The translations under genes and the position numbers were made by a program. The notes under the pieces are model-generated. The model was not told where the DNA came from. It saw only the letters and a program-made list of their open reading frames with translations, and did no database searches. From contig OY969622.1 in assembly GCA_963701665.1 (NCBI GenBank), forward strand, positions 896,001 through 960,000: a stretch of DNA of 64,000 bases, written 5' to 3'. Shown piece after piece: positions 47,387 through 57,727 of the stretch. This stretch comes from Candidatus Babeliales bacterium (GTDB taxonomy: Bacteria; Babelota; Babeliae; Babelales; JANWKD01). Position 1 is the stretch's first letter, and each line of letters begins with the position of its first letter.

Positions 47387-50272
47387 CTAAAAAGGATGCC
47401 CAAAGGTCAGAAACCAGGCAAATGATGATTCTTCAGGGATAAACTTACGCCATTTCCACCCTATATCAAAACGTAGCGGCCCAACCGGAGAATAATAACG
47501 TAGTCCAAATCCTATAGCAGTCAAGAAATGGCTGCCTAAGATTTGCGTTAAAGATTTTTCAACCAAGATACCCATGTCCTGAAAAACCACGCCTCCTAAT
47601 TTACCGATGAGAGGAAATCGGCATTCAACATTACCGTTGACCATTGATTTACCACCTTGGGGTACAAATTTTTTTTTGCCTTTCTTTGAAATATACACAC
47701 CTAGAGGTGGCCCTTGGTTTGCTTCATAACTACGAATTGAGTTCTGCCCTCCTAAATAAAAACGCTCGGGCGGCATTATGGTAGGAAATTCTTGATTAAA
47801 AATGTGACCAAATCGCAAACGCAGTGCAAGCACAAAAGGATTGAGGGGAAAAAATAACGTTTGTTCACAGAGCACTTTAACATAGTAAGGAACGTGATGA
47901 TTCGTTGGCACCATAGCACGTAGCGAAAGTGCGGTTAATGAACCTTGTGTTGGATTAACATCGTTATCAAGATAATCGATGACAATATTTGGTTCAACAT
48001 AAACATACGGCACATTTTTATTAATCAAAAATGGATCAAAATTAATAGCGCGTGCTCTAGGGATAGAAATATGTTTTGTTTCCATAAGCTCAATACCCGT
48101 TTGCACACCAAGATCACAATGCGTCCACGATCTACTTAGTCCAAGAAGAAATCCTTGCTGAATAGCTAAATATAGTGGCTTGTTGCTGCCGATGAATATC
48201 GGTTGAATATATTTATTGCTATAGCCTTTCAACACCGTCAAAATGGGTTGTGAAAAAATCCATGGCCGCTGATACACAACCGAAACATTGCGGTAGTACC
48301 GCGTAAAATCTGTATCAATGGCGAACGAATCACCAACATTACCGGGGTTGCGATATAAAAACTCGCCACCTAATTTATACGTACTTCCTTTATGAAAAAG
48401 TGTTATGTTACGACTCACCTGTTGAAAGCCAACGCGCGTTCTCACCTCAAAACGATCGTCATCGATAAGTTGCAAAATAACATCGCGCTCGCACATATCA
48501 GCATTGTCGAGTGCGGGATAAAAATTTATTTTTTCAAAAAGGTTTAAACGTTTTAAATTCTGTAATGATTTTTCTAATTTGTCCTGCGACCAAACATCAC
48601 CTTGGCAAAATACTAACTCTCGTTTGATATTTTCAAACGGAAATGAAGTATCTCCTTGTATGATTACTTTACCAAAAGTAACAACATGATTATCGCCCGT
48701 TGTTGTCCAAGTAATATCGAGCAGGCCATCATGATCATTAAGTTCAGGCACAACTTTAGTATGTAACATTCCTTTTTTGTAATAATCATTTTGCAATGTT
48801 TTTTGCCATTCTTGGAGCGTACGCACATCAAATGACGAGTGCGGTACTAACGAGTGCATTATTTCTTGTTTGAGCGTTTCGCCTACGATAAAAGTATCGT
48901 CAAATGTCATCGAGTGTATAATTCTGCGCTTACCCTCGTTAACGGTAATCAAAAAATGTACCGCATTTTTTTCTTTATCAACGGTTTCCTGCACGCTAGC
49001 AATGGCATCCCAAAATCCTTTTTTGCGGTACCAAGCAACAATCTCATCATGCATGAGCTCAACTCTATCATCATCGTAAAACTTTTCTTTTTTGAAACGT
49101 CGTTTTATTAATGCATGTATATTGTGAGGAAATTGTGATCCTTTGAGCTTAAAAGTACCTACCTTGAATCTTGGCCCTTCTTTAATCAGGAAAAATCTTT
49201 TATGTGCATCATTTTTTACTTCAATATCCACTGATTTAAAACCTTTTTTTAAATACATGCTCATAATTTCATCTGAAATAAGAGCATCGGGTAATAACTC
49301 GGCAGATCTACCAAAAGCAAGGAGTATGTTTAAAAAATCTTGATGAGAAAAAAATTGATTACCAAAAAAAACAAAATTCTTTTTAGGTGAGAGATATAAA
49401 ATGAACTGAAGATGTACCGAGGCATCATCTTGATTGGTATGTTCTTTAAGTACAATTTTGGCCTGCAAAAAACCTTTTTGAACCAAAAATTTTTTCAAAA
49501 GAGCTATATGCTCATTGAGCAGCTTATGTGAATAATAGGTATGGGTAAGTGCCTCAAGATGATGCATAATTTTTGTTTTAAGGAGTCGAGTCCTTTGCTT
49601 ATCGTGAACTTCTTTTACAATCAGATCACAGCTCACCTTCTTAATCACACATTGTTCACCACGAGAAAATGCAAGATGCACCGTTACTGTTTTTAAAATC
49701 GGATCAAATTTAAAATAATCATGCATAGTAGCATGCAGAAAACCTTCGGCATGCAAAACCTCTTTATATTTTTTTAAAGCAAATTGATGCTTTGCATAAT
49801 CAAAAATTTCGCCTGGTTCAATTAAATAGTATTGACGATAATGTTCAGCATCGCGAAGAACACCCGACAATTTCAGCGCCTTAAATGTCCATAGAACTTT
49901 ACACGAAAAGGAAAGATGTCTTTTCCCTTCTCCATCTTGGCCAACCACAATAGTAACTGCTGAGAATTTATTTTTTTTTTCAAGAAGTAAACAAAGTTTT
50001 TTGAGCATCTCAAGAGTAAGCACATCCCCTTCACTAATACCCGCTAGATAGCTCATCTCAGCGCTATCAAGAGCAATCTCGCTTTCAAAGGCAAGGGAGG
50101 AAATAGTGAAAGGACAGGGGATTTTTTCAAGTTCCTCATCATATGAAGCATTGTCCCGCGTAAAATCGATGGTACAGGTATATGTTTTTTGTGCATCATT
50201 TTCTCCACGCGACCGCATCACATGGAACATGAGTACCAAAAAAAATAATATGCGTATTGTTGTGCCATTCAC
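47387..50272 (-). CDS. Omp85 (BamA/TamA)-family outer-membrane protein
   Basis: Multiple POTRA-like repeats; ERFYLGGQNSIRSY loop-6 motif; GFGLRYYSPVGPLRFDIG; terminal Phe. Confidence 0.9.
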   Translation of the reverse strand: MNGTTIRILFFLVLMFHVMRSRGENDAQKTYTCTIDFTRDNASYDEELEKIPCPFTISSLAFESEIALDSAEMSYLAGISEGDVLTLEMLKKLCLLLEKKNKFSAVTIVVGQDGEGKRHLSFSCKVLWTFKALKLSGVLRDAEHYRQYYLIEPGEIFDYAKHQFALKKYKEVLHAEGFLHATMHDYFKFDPILKTVTVHLAFSRGEQCVIKKVSCDLIVKEVHDKQRTRLLKTKIMHHLEALTHTYYSHKLLNEHIALLKKFLVQKGFLQAKIVLKEHTNQDDASVHLQFILYLSPKKNFVFFGNQFFSHQDFLNILLAFGRSAELLPDALISDEIMSMYLKKGFKSVDIEVKNDAHKRFFLIKEGPRFKVGTFKLKGSQFPHNIHALIKRRFKKEKFYDDDRVELMHDEIVAWYRKKGFWDAIASVQETVDKEKNAVHFLITVNEGKRRIIHSMTFDDTFIVGETLKQEIMHSLVPHSSFDVRTLQEWQKTLQNDYYKKGMLHTKVVPELNDHDGLLDITWTTTGDNHVVTFGKVIIQGDTSFPFENIKRELVFCQGDVWSQDKLEKSLQNLKRLNLFEKINFYPALDNADMCERDVILQLIDDDRFEVRTRVGFQQVSRNITLFHKGSTYKLGGEFLYRNPGNVGDSFAIDTDFTRYYRNVSVVYQRPWIFSQPILTVLKGYSNKYIQPIFIGSNKPLYLAIQQGFLLGLSRSWTHCDLGVQTGIELMETKHISIPRARAINFDPFLINKNVPYVYVEPNIVIDYLDNDVNPTQGSLTALSLRAMVPTNHHVPYYVKVLCEQTLFFPLNPFVLALRLRFGHIFNQEFPTIMPPERFYLGGQNSIRSYEANQGPPLGVYISKKGKKKFVPQGGKSMVNGNVECRFPLIGKLGGVVFQDMGILVEKSLTQILGSHFLTAIGFGLRYYSPVGPLRFDIGWKWRKFIPEESSFAWFLTFGHPF

Positions 50273-50367
50273 GCTCGTTCCTGCAATTTAGTGCTTCATA
50301 CTCGATGCTCAGTACTCCTGACAATCACAAGCAGAATTTTGCTTAACGTACGCAAAAAATGATAATT

Positions 50368-50652
50368 TTACTCAATTATCCTGAAAACACCTCGAAAATC
50401 CTTATCTTTAAGAAACGGTTCTATTTCAGGAGGTAAAAGTGCTTTTTCAGTGATCTCAAGATGTAAAAAATCTATAAAATCATCAATTGCCTGTTTAGAA
50501 CCGCATACTACAATTCTTAGGTCAGCATGCTGCTCATGGTAGGTAGTTTGTACGGTCCCCTCCAATTTTAAATCTTTTGCTTTTTTTTGAATATTATGTA
50601 ACAATTTTTTTGGTAACACTATCGAAAAAAAAATTCGTAGACATTGAATCAT
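50368..50652 (-). CDS. Acylphosphatase-like small protein
   Basis: IQKKAKDLKLEGTVQ...IVVCGSKQAIDDFIDFL resembles the acylphosphatase fold; the VQGVGFR loop is absent. Confidence 0.5.
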   Translation of the reverse strand: MIQCLRIFFSIVLPKKLLHNIQKKAKDLKLEGTVQTTYHEQHADLRIVVCGSKQAIDDFIDFLHLEITEKALLPPEIEPFLKDKDFRGVFRIIE

Positions 50653-50839
50653 TAATTATTCTCCTTTTTTGAGGGACAATTATTCTCTGCTCAGCACGAA
50701 GCTAGCAAATCAGTTTTCCTAATGTCAAAAAACTTCACTACTAAAATCGAGATCATAGTACAAACTTCATTTTCTTGCTAATATTTTTGCTAGACAATCG
50801 ATACTAAGCCGGTAAATTACATTATTTAGGATATTCATA

Positions 50840-52279
50840 ATGAGTAAAAATTCTTCGGTTCGTGTACGTTTTGCCCCTTCGCCTACTGGCACCATGCACC
50901 TGGGTAATGTCCGAACAGCTCTTCTCAACTATCTTTTTGCACGCCAAAAAAAGGGAAGCTGTATTTTACGTATTGAAGATACCGATCCTGATAGAAATTT
51001 TGATCCTAATGCCGCTCGCCTCCAGGATGATCTTTCATGGCTCGGCTTTGTGTATGACGAGGGTCCTAAGAACGAGGGTCCTTATGCGCCGTACTTTCAA
51101 TCACAAAGAACCGAGCTTTATCAAGAGCAGTTAGAAGTTTTACAAAAAAAGAACTGTCTTTACCGTTGCTTTTGCACCCCTCAGGAATTAGAGCGCAAAC
51201 GTGAACGTGCGATAGCCTTGCATACGGCACCTCGCTACGATCGCACCTGCTTGAAATTATCATCATATGACATTGAAGAGCGGTTAAAAAAAGGAACCCC
51301 ATTTATTTGGCGTTTCCAAGTACCCGAAGGAAAAACCGTTATTGTACACGATCTTTCTCATGGTGAAATTAATTTTGATTCGAACCATTTTTCAGACTTT
51401 CCCCTTACCCGTTCTGATGGCACATTCACTTTCCTGTTTGCAAACTGTGTTGATGACATTCTCATGAATATTACCCATGTATTGCGTGGCGAAGACCATC
51501 TTTCAAATACCGCAAACCAGATGTTATTATTCGAGGCTTTTCAAAAGAAAGCCCCTCTTTTTTGGCATTTGCCTATCTTATGCAATGTTGATGGAAAGAA
51601 ATTATCAAAACGCGATTTTGGTTTTGCATTAGCTGATTTGAGAAAAGAAGGTTTTTTATCCGAGGCAATCATCAATTACTTAGCCATTTTAGGCGCTTCG
51701 TTTGCACAAGAAATCATGTCAGTTGATGAGCTTATAAACAATTTAAACTTTGATGCCATAAAACCCACGCGCAACATCAAATATGATGTCGAGAAACTCA
51801 GATGGGTAAACCATAGTTGGATACAGCGCTATAATGAAGCAGCATTGGTTGAATTACTCAAACCGATTATTTTTAAAGCATATCCAATGCTTGAAAAACT
51901 TGATGCCAGTGTGCTATTAAAGCTCATTCAAACAGTAAAATCAGAACTAGTCACTTTGTATGATAGTATTCCTGCACTTCATTTTTATTGCCTTGAACCA
52001 CATGTTACGCATGACACCATAAAAGAACATTTACCGGTCACGTTGCATGAAAAGTTCTTTGCTATCCTAAAAACTCATTTGCCACTGTTGGCCGATCATG
52101 AAAACTTCTTGGCAACAACAAAAAAAGATGCCCAAGCACTCGGCATTGAGCCTAAAGTATTCTTTACGCTTATGCGCATCATAATTTCAGGATCAGCAAA
52201 AGGACCTTCACTGAAGGATATTATTGCTTTGTTGGGGCATGAAAAAACTGCTGAGCGCATTAAAAGAGTTACTAAGTAA
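50840..52279 (+). CDS. gltX: Glutamate--tRNA ligase
   Basis: RFAPSPTG..HLGN, LRIEDTD, HVLRGEDH, KLSKR. Confidence 0.97.
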   Translation: MSKNSSVRVRFAPSPTGTMHLGNVRTALLNYLFARQKKGSCILRIEDTDPDRNFDPNAARLQDDLSWLGFVYDEGPKNEGPYAPYFQSQRTELYQEQLEVLQKKNCLYRCFCTPQELERKRERAIALHTAPRYDRTCLKLSSYDIEERLKKGTPFIWRFQVPEGKTVIVHDLSHGEINFDSNHFSDFPLTRSDGTFTFLFANCVDDILMNITHVLRGEDHLSNTANQMLLFEAFQKKAPLFWHLPILCNVDGKKLSKRDFGFALADLRKEGFLSEAIINYLAILGASFAQEIMSVDELINNLNFDAIKPTRNIKYDVEKLRWVNHSWIQRYNEAALVELLKPIIFKAYPMLEKLDASVLLKLIQTVKSELVTLYDSIPALHFYCLEPHVTHDTIKEHLPVTLHEKFFAILKTHLPLLADHENFLATTKKDAQALGIEPKVFFTLMRIIISGSAKGPSLKDIIALLGHEKTAERIKRVTK

Positions 52280-52331
52280 CGCAATTCGATACTAAATTTG
52301 GCTGCGCAAAGGTAACATTGAAAACAAAATT

Positions 52332-52432
52332 GTCATTGCGAGCGAAAGCGTGGCAACCCAGCTTATAAAATTATTCATTTAAGGATTTATTAAAGTTCTG
52401 GATCCCCACGTCGCTTCGCTCCTCGGGAAGAC
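52332..52432. repeat. REPIN-like element B (inverted homolog of element A)
   Basis: gtcattgcgagcgaaagcgtggcaacccag (52332-52361) ... ctggatccccacgtcgcttcgctcctcgggaagac (52398-52432); the spacer reverse complement matches the spacer of element A. Confidence 0.88.
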
Positions 52433-52459
52433 ACCCTTTGGATATCCACCGACAAAAAT

Positions 52460-52711
52460 TTAAAACTTCTCGCCATCTTGAAGCCGATTTGGCAACTGCT
52501 CAAAATGAGTAACAATACCTTCTTTTTGAAAATATGACATCAGTTTGAGAAAGTACTTTTCTAAATCTTGGGGCACAAAAAATTCAAAGCGAGAACTGTT
52601 TTTTTCAAGGGTACGATCAAAGGCAAGATGTTCAAAACTACGCAAAATGGCAACTAAAAACCACGCATCGGTTTTGCGCACCGTTGCTTGATAATAATAG
52701 CAATACGGCAT
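52460..52711 (-). CDS. Small conserved-looking hypothetical protein
   Basis: 83-aa ORF (LRSFEHLAFDRTL...FEFFVP) convergent with gltX. Confidence 0.7.
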   Translation of the reverse strand: MPYCYYYQATVRKTDAWFLVAILRSFEHLAFDRTLEKNSSRFEFFVPQDLEKYFLKLMSYFQKEGIVTHFEQLPNRLQDGEKF

Positions 52712-52791
52712 ATACTTTTTTTATTGTTTAAAAAATTGAAGATAACTTTATATTTTACTCTACCTTTTTTTAATTTTAAATCTAGGAGATC

Positions 52792-53994
52792 ATGGATACT
52801 CACGCAAAGAAAACTATCGGCGTTGTAACGGCAACTATCGTTGGCATGAATGCTATGATTGGTGCTGGCATTTTTAGTGTACCAGCTGCACTTGGTGCCT
52901 ACGTTGGGCCAGCAGGCCTTTTAACCTATGCTTTTGTCATTCTTGCTGTCTGGTGCATGGGAAGTTCAATGGCACGTCTTGCGCAATTGTATCCTCAAGA
53001 AGGTTCTTTTTATACCTACGCCTACCAATGGGGCGGCCACACGGCAGGACTCATTGCTGCAGGTGCTTATCTTATTGGTCTTATTATCGCGATGGGACTC
53101 TTAATACAAATTACTGGCGATTATTTGCACGTTACCTTTCCCAGTCTCTCGCCCTATGTTTTGAGTGTGCTCACTTTGGTCGCACTTCTCATACTCAATA
53201 GTGTTGGCGTTACCCTGTCGCAAGTCGGGCAAATGATTCTGATTTGTTGTACCGTATTACCAATTCTTTTAACGACCTGTATGTGTTTATACAAAGGAAA
53301 CATACAAAATTTTTCACCTTTTATGCCCTATGGATGGACGAATATTTTTACTGCTAGTAAGCAGGTAATATTCGGTTTTTTTGGCTTTGAATGCGCAGCG
53401 TCATTATTTAAAGTTGTTGAAAACCCTCGCAAAAATGTTCCGCGCGCGTTGTTATATGCAATCGCACTCGTTGGGGTACTCTACATGCTTTTTGTTGGGT
53501 CAATTATTTTTGCTGTACCATTAGCATATTTTACTGATCCCAAAATTCCATTATCTCAAATTTTAGCGCTGATTTTTCCGGGACATCCATGGCTTTTACA
53601 AGTCATTCATTTTTCGATCCTTTCAGCAATTATTGGTACCGTGCATTCAATGATTTGGTCTTCGAGTGAATTGCTCATGGCATATTTAAAAAAATGTTCA
53701 TCAGCTCCTTTTAAATCAATTAGATCATGCATTGCGCATCAAAAAGGAGCAGTATGGATCATCGGTGCTTGCATATTTTTAACATTCTCGACTATCAAAA
53801 GCATGAACCTCTTCTTTAGCTTTACTGATGTTTTTATTGTGTTTGCATTTATTATGTCAATGATCACCCTTCTTGTTAAAAAAGAATCAATGAGCGTTGG
53901 ACAAAATATCAAAACGATTCTTGGCTTGATCACAGCATGTATTATTTTTTGCATCGCAGCAAAAGGAGTTTTTCTCGAATTGGGTCTTTTATAA
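52792..53994 (+). CDS. APC-superfamily amino acid permease
   Basis: MIGAGIF, GSFYTY, FGFFGFE, ENPRKNVPRA; about 12 TM helices. Confidence 0.9.
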   Translation: MDTHAKKTIGVVTATIVGMNAMIGAGIFSVPAALGAYVGPAGLLTYAFVILAVWCMGSSMARLAQLYPQEGSFYTYAYQWGGHTAGLIAAGAYLIGLIIAMGLLIQITGDYLHVTFPSLSPYVLSVLTLVALLILNSVGVTLSQVGQMILICCTVLPILLTTCMCLYKGNIQNFSPFMPYGWTNIFTASKQVIFGFFGFECAASLFKVVENPRKNVPRALLYAIALVGVLYMLFVGSIIFAVPLAYFTDPKIPLSQILALIFPGHPWLLQVIHFSILSAIIGTVHSMIWSSSELLMAYLKKCSSAPFKSIRSCIAHQKGAVWIIGACIFLTFSTIKSMNLFFSFTDVFIVFAFIMSMITLLVKKESMSVGQNIKTILGLITACIIFCIAAKGVFLELGLL

Positions 53995-54065
53995 AAATCG
54001 CCGATTGACGGATCTGTGATAAAGATGCTATAAGATATCAAAATTGCTATCGAGAAAGGAAAGTA

Positions 54066-55697
54066 ATGACGTGGTCAATTAAGAGGTATCTTCTTGTCAT
54101 TCTTGCGTGCATGATAGTACCGCATATCAATTTTGGTATTAGTATGCTCACCAAAAACGATCCTTACCCCATGTATAGTACGGTCTATGACCCTTATTTG
54201 ACAACGTGGACAAAAGAATGGTTCAAAGGACATAATGATGAATGCTATAGCAATGAAACCCTCGCTTTATCAATAACGCCCTTCACACAAAAAGCAAGTA
54301 CAGGAAGAAACTTTGAACATCAACGAAGATTTCTTGGTGATTTAACTGGCTATTGGAATATGCTTGGACTCATTTACGGCCCTGATAACGTTGGCGCAGT
54401 AAGTTCAGTCCCACCATCTGCAACTAATATTACTTCATTGGACAATACACAACTTGGTTTTGCAAAACAAAGCATCTTTGCAGATTTATTTAACAACAAC
54501 CCTTCAATAACTGATCCCGACAATTATGTCATTTCTGATGCTAACTCTACTTCGGTACCCTATGTTTTGACCGATGGCACATTTCAAATTGGCTACTTTT
54601 CAGTGCCAATCAAATACCGCAAAGTTGGCGTGCGTGCTGAATTTGATATTCAATTTTATTGTGATTTTGGTATGACCGTGCAAGTTGGCGTCAGCGAAAT
54701 TCGCCAAACATTCACAGGCTTTATTAACCGAGCAAATAATTTACCCACTAATTCAGGTACTGATCTAAATGAAACTGGCTGTAACTCTATTGCTTGTTGC
54801 CCAGCTCCGGATACAAATGGAGTAGTTCCCGTTCAATCCTTTAGCAATAATTTTTGTAGAAATATTCCACGATTGTTAACTGATGGCACCTACGCAGGCT
54901 GTACAGTTAATTTCATGCCATCAACAACCGTTTGTACAACGCCATTTGTACAAATTCAATCAGAACTTATGCCGCCCGAGCAAGCAAACCTTATTTTCAG
55001 ACAACTTGGTTTAAAAACCTGTAACTTTGAAAAAACATCATTTGAAGACGTGCGCATTATTGGTTGGTGGCGTCATGTTTTTGATGTTAATCATGATCGT
55101 TATTGCTGGCCAGAATTTTTAATTATCCCATCACTGAGCCTGAATATCATTATTCCTACGGCAAAAAAACAACATAGAAACTTCTTGCAAGCATTGCCAT
55201 TTGGCAACGATGGCCATTTTTCCGTTGGTTTTGATGCGGGCCTTGCCATCGATTTTGTAGAAACGATCGAAATTGCTTTTAATGGTGGGCTAAACTGGTT
55301 TGATCAAAAAAATAAGAACAACTATTTCTTGCCAACTGATATAAACCAAACTGGCGTTTTCCCATTTGCAACAAACGTAAAGGTAAAACCGGGGCTTAAC
55401 TTTAACTTTAATGCCGTCTTGAATGCTTACCATTTTTATGATCGCTTTAGTGCCTATGCTGAATGGGTGTATGTCAAACACGAACATGATAAAATTACGC
55501 TTCGAGCTCCCGATCCAACATTCTTACCCGATATTGCTGCATGCCTAACTAAATTTATGTCACAATTTGTTAATGCTGCAATCAACTATGATATTTCACC
55601 AAATATCACCCTCGGCTTCATGGCACAATTCCCCGTTGCACAACGCAATGCCTATCGTTCAACTACGTATTTGGGAACATTCCGAGCAACCTTCTAA
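54066..55697 (+). CDS. Putative Cys-rich outer-membrane beta-barrel protein (distant paralog of 36326..38170)
   Basis: Signal peptide; PTAKK...PFGNDGHF and RNAYRS motifs; C-terminal YLGTFRATF. Confidence 0.6.
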   Translation: MTWSIKRYLLVILACMIVPHINFGISMLTKNDPYPMYSTVYDPYLTTWTKEWFKGHNDECYSNETLALSITPFTQKASTGRNFEHQRRFLGDLTGYWNMLGLIYGPDNVGAVSSVPPSATNITSLDNTQLGFAKQSIFADLFNNNPSITDPDNYVISDANSTSVPYVLTDGTFQIGYFSVPIKYRKVGVRAEFDIQFYCDFGMTVQVGVSEIRQTFTGFINRANNLPTNSGTDLNETGCNSIACCPAPDTNGVVPVQSFSNNFCRNIPRLLTDGTYAGCTVNFMPSTTVCTTPFVQIQSELMPPEQANLIFRQLGLKTCNFEKTSFEDVRIIGWWRHVFDVNHDRYCWPEFLIIPSLSLNIIIPTAKKQHRNFLQALPFGNDGHFSVGFDAGLAIDFVETIEIAFNGGLNWFDQKNKNNYFLPTDINQTGVFPFATNVKVKPGLNFNFNAVLNAYHFYDRFSAYAEWVYVKHEHDKITLRAPDPTFLPDIAACLTKFMSQFVNAAINYDISPNITLGFMAQFPVAQRNAYRSTTYLGTFRATF

Positions 55698-55784
55698 ATC
55701 CGAGTCATAGCTATTCTTTTGACGATTTTTGTCAGAATGTGTAGAGTAAAAATAAGTTTTTCAATTCTAACAGAAAGATTTATA

Positions 55785-56102
55785 ATGAAAAATAAATTTT
55801 TACTCCTTACGCTCATGACAGTACTTGCATCAAATGCTATCATCGCGCCCGTTCATGCTGCACCACAAGAGGACGTCGGATATGCTGCTCTTGGAGGATT
55901 AGTCTTGGGAGCATTTGGAAGTTGGGTAATAACCTATATGCTCCTCAACAAGAAACATGAGAAAGAATTAATCGAAAAAGAAGAACAGCATCAAAAAACC
56001 ATTAATAAATTTCATGAAGATATTAAATCATTAAATGAGTTTCTTATGAAACATAACGATAAAGCTCGGGAATTTTTTGGCACTGTGGAAAGTGCAGTTT
56101 AA
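55785..56102 (+). CDS. Small secreted/membrane hypothetical protein
   Basis: Start MKNKF; signal peptide VHA; TM helix; short coiled coil. Confidence 0.7.
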   Translation: MKNKFLLLTLMTVLASNAIIAPVHAAPQEDVGYAALGGLVLGAFGSWVITYMLLNKKHEKELIEKEEQHQKTINKFHEDIKSLNEFLMKHNDKAREFFGTVESAV

Positions 56103-56104
56103 TT

Positions 56105-56132
56105 TTGACAAAAAAATTACAATATGTATAAT
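56105..56132 (+). promoter_or_regulatory. Sigma70-type promoter
   Basis: TTGACA-N16-TATAAT with perfect hexamers. Confidence 0.75.
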
Positions 56133-56186
56133 TACACAAAGTAAAATTACCTATTGTTTCACACATTTACTACAAGGAACAACATC

Positions 56187-56780
56187 ATGTCATCCTTAAA
56201 GGTTTTATCACTCTCGATGGCAGCCATGCTTTTTAGCAATTCTGCTTTGGGTATGGAAAATAAAAATATAGTATACCCCATGGATATTCATCCTAAATCA
56301 TTGCGCATAGCTTTTGAAAAAGGTTCCACGGATTATTTACATAAAAAATACACTAAAGATAGATTCAGAGAAGATCCTGAGTATTATAATAAGGTTCTTG
56401 CCGAACAACGTAAAAAATTGACAGAGAAAATCAATAATGCACGTAACATTGCTTTTAAAAAAGGTACATGGGGCACTGTTGAGGTATTGAGTGGATCAGC
56501 ATTCTCATTTTTAACTGTGGCATTCTTTAAAGCTTCTCTTGACTTCGCTCGTACCCGGGGGCAAGAGGCTGAAGCCGGTGCTTTATTTGGAGTTGGATGG
56601 TGCCTTGCTTTCCCTGGCGGCTATCTACTCTTGAACGGCGGAGAGAAACTATGGATGAATTATTCTACGGCTCGCGTAACAAATCGTTTAACACGCCATG
56701 ATTTTGCCGATCAACAAGTTAGAAATTATTTGGATGAAGTTTTCGGCACCAAAGAATCCGATGATGTAAAATCCTCATAA
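56187..56780 (+). CDS. Secreted protein with a central two-helix hydrophobic hairpin (paralog 1)
   Basis: AAGGA RBS; signal peptide ALG-ME; two hydrophobic helices. Confidence 0.8.
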   Translation: MSSLKVLSLSMAAMLFSNSALGMENKNIVYPMDIHPKSLRIAFEKGSTDYLHKKYTKDRFREDPEYYNKVLAEQRKKLTEKINNARNIAFKKGTWGTVEVLSGSAFSFLTVAFFKASLDFARTRGQEAEAGALFGVGWCLAFPGGYLLLNGGEKLWMNYSTARVTNRLTRHDFADQQVRNYLDEVFGTKESDDVKSS

Positions 56781-56799
56781 ATTCATTATCGTAAATTTT

Positions 56800-56836
56800 A
56801 TAAGAAAGGGCGCGCATTTGAGTACGCCCTTTCTTA
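56800..56836 (+). terminator. Intrinsic terminator
   Basis: ataagaaagggcg-N12-cgccctttcttat. Confidence 0.75.
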
Positions 56837-56846
56837 TTTAAAGATT

Positions 56847-56965
56847 AACAGCATCAAAAAACTGTTAATCAATTTAATGAAGATATTAAATCATTAAATG
56901 AGTTTCTTATGAAACATAACGATAAAGCTCGGGAATTTTTTGGCACTGTGGAAAGTGCAGTTTAA
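56847..56965 (+). pseudogene. Duplicated 3' fragment of the 55785..56102 gene
   Basis: Encodes QHQKTVNQFNEDIKSLNEFLMKHNDKAREFFGTVESAV* without the 5' part of the gene. Confidence 0.8.
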
Positions 56966-56967
56966 TT

Positions 56968-56995
56968 TTGACAAAAAAATTACAATATGTATAAT
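56968..56995 (+). promoter_or_regulatory. Sigma70-type promoter (duplicate)
   Basis: TTGACA-N16-TATAAT, identical to 56105-56132. Confidence 0.75.
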
Positions 56996-57052
56996 AACGC
57001 ACGGTAAAATTATCTAACACTTTCTAATATATTTACTACAAGGAATAACAAT

Positions 57053-57727
57053 ATGTCATCCTTAAAGGTTTTATCGCTCGCGATAGCAACCATGCTTTTT
57101 AGCAATTCTGCTTTGGGTATGGAAAATGAAGATACGAAAAAAAAAGATATAGTATATCCTTCCGATCTTCATCCTAAGGAATTGCGAAAAAAATTTGAAA
57201 AAAACAAGTGGGCTGATATTTTAAGCAAAAAATCTACTAAAAAAACTTTAAAGGCTGATCCTAATTACTATCAGGAAAAGCTGAATGATCAACGTGAAAA
57301 ATTAGCAAAAAAAAGCGATAGAATGCCAAATATTGCTCTAAAGAAATCAGCATGGGGTACAGCACACACGGTCTTAGGATCGATAGGATTAGGAATGGGT
57401 TTTTGGCTTTATGCAATTGCCTTTGAATCGGCACTTACAAATCGCCCTAGAGATAATTGGGAAGCTAATTGGGCATTTGTATTGGGATCAGCTGCAACAA
57501 TTGGTGGCAGTAAGTTTATGTGGCACGGTTGTAAAAAGATATGGAATAATTATTCTACTACCAGGGTAAAAGCAAGGTTCGATCGCCATATGGAAGCTGA
57601 TGAAGATGTTGAAGACTATTTGAATGATGTTTTCAATACCAAAGAATCTGATGTGTATACAAGGCGTGGAATGCGTGGAATGCGTGGAGAATTCCTTCGA
57701 GAAGAAAGTGAAGAAGAATGGATGTAA
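57053..57727 (+). CDS. Secreted protein with a central two-helix hydrophobic hairpin (paralog 2)
   Basis: Same signal peptide (MSSLKVLSL...ALG-ME); shared IVYP.D.HPK, DP.YY, NIA.KK..WGT and NYST.RV. Confidence 0.8.
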   Translation: MSSLKVLSLAIATMLFSNSALGMENEDTKKKDIVYPSDLHPKELRKKFEKNKWADILSKKSTKKTLKADPNYYQEKLNDQREKLAKKSDRMPNIALKKSAWGTAHTVLGSIGLGMGFWLYAIAFESALTNRPRDNWEANWAFVLGSAATIGGSKFMWHGCKKIWNNYSTTRVKARFDRHMEADEDVEDYLNDVFNTKESDVYTRRGMRGMRGEFLREESEEEWM

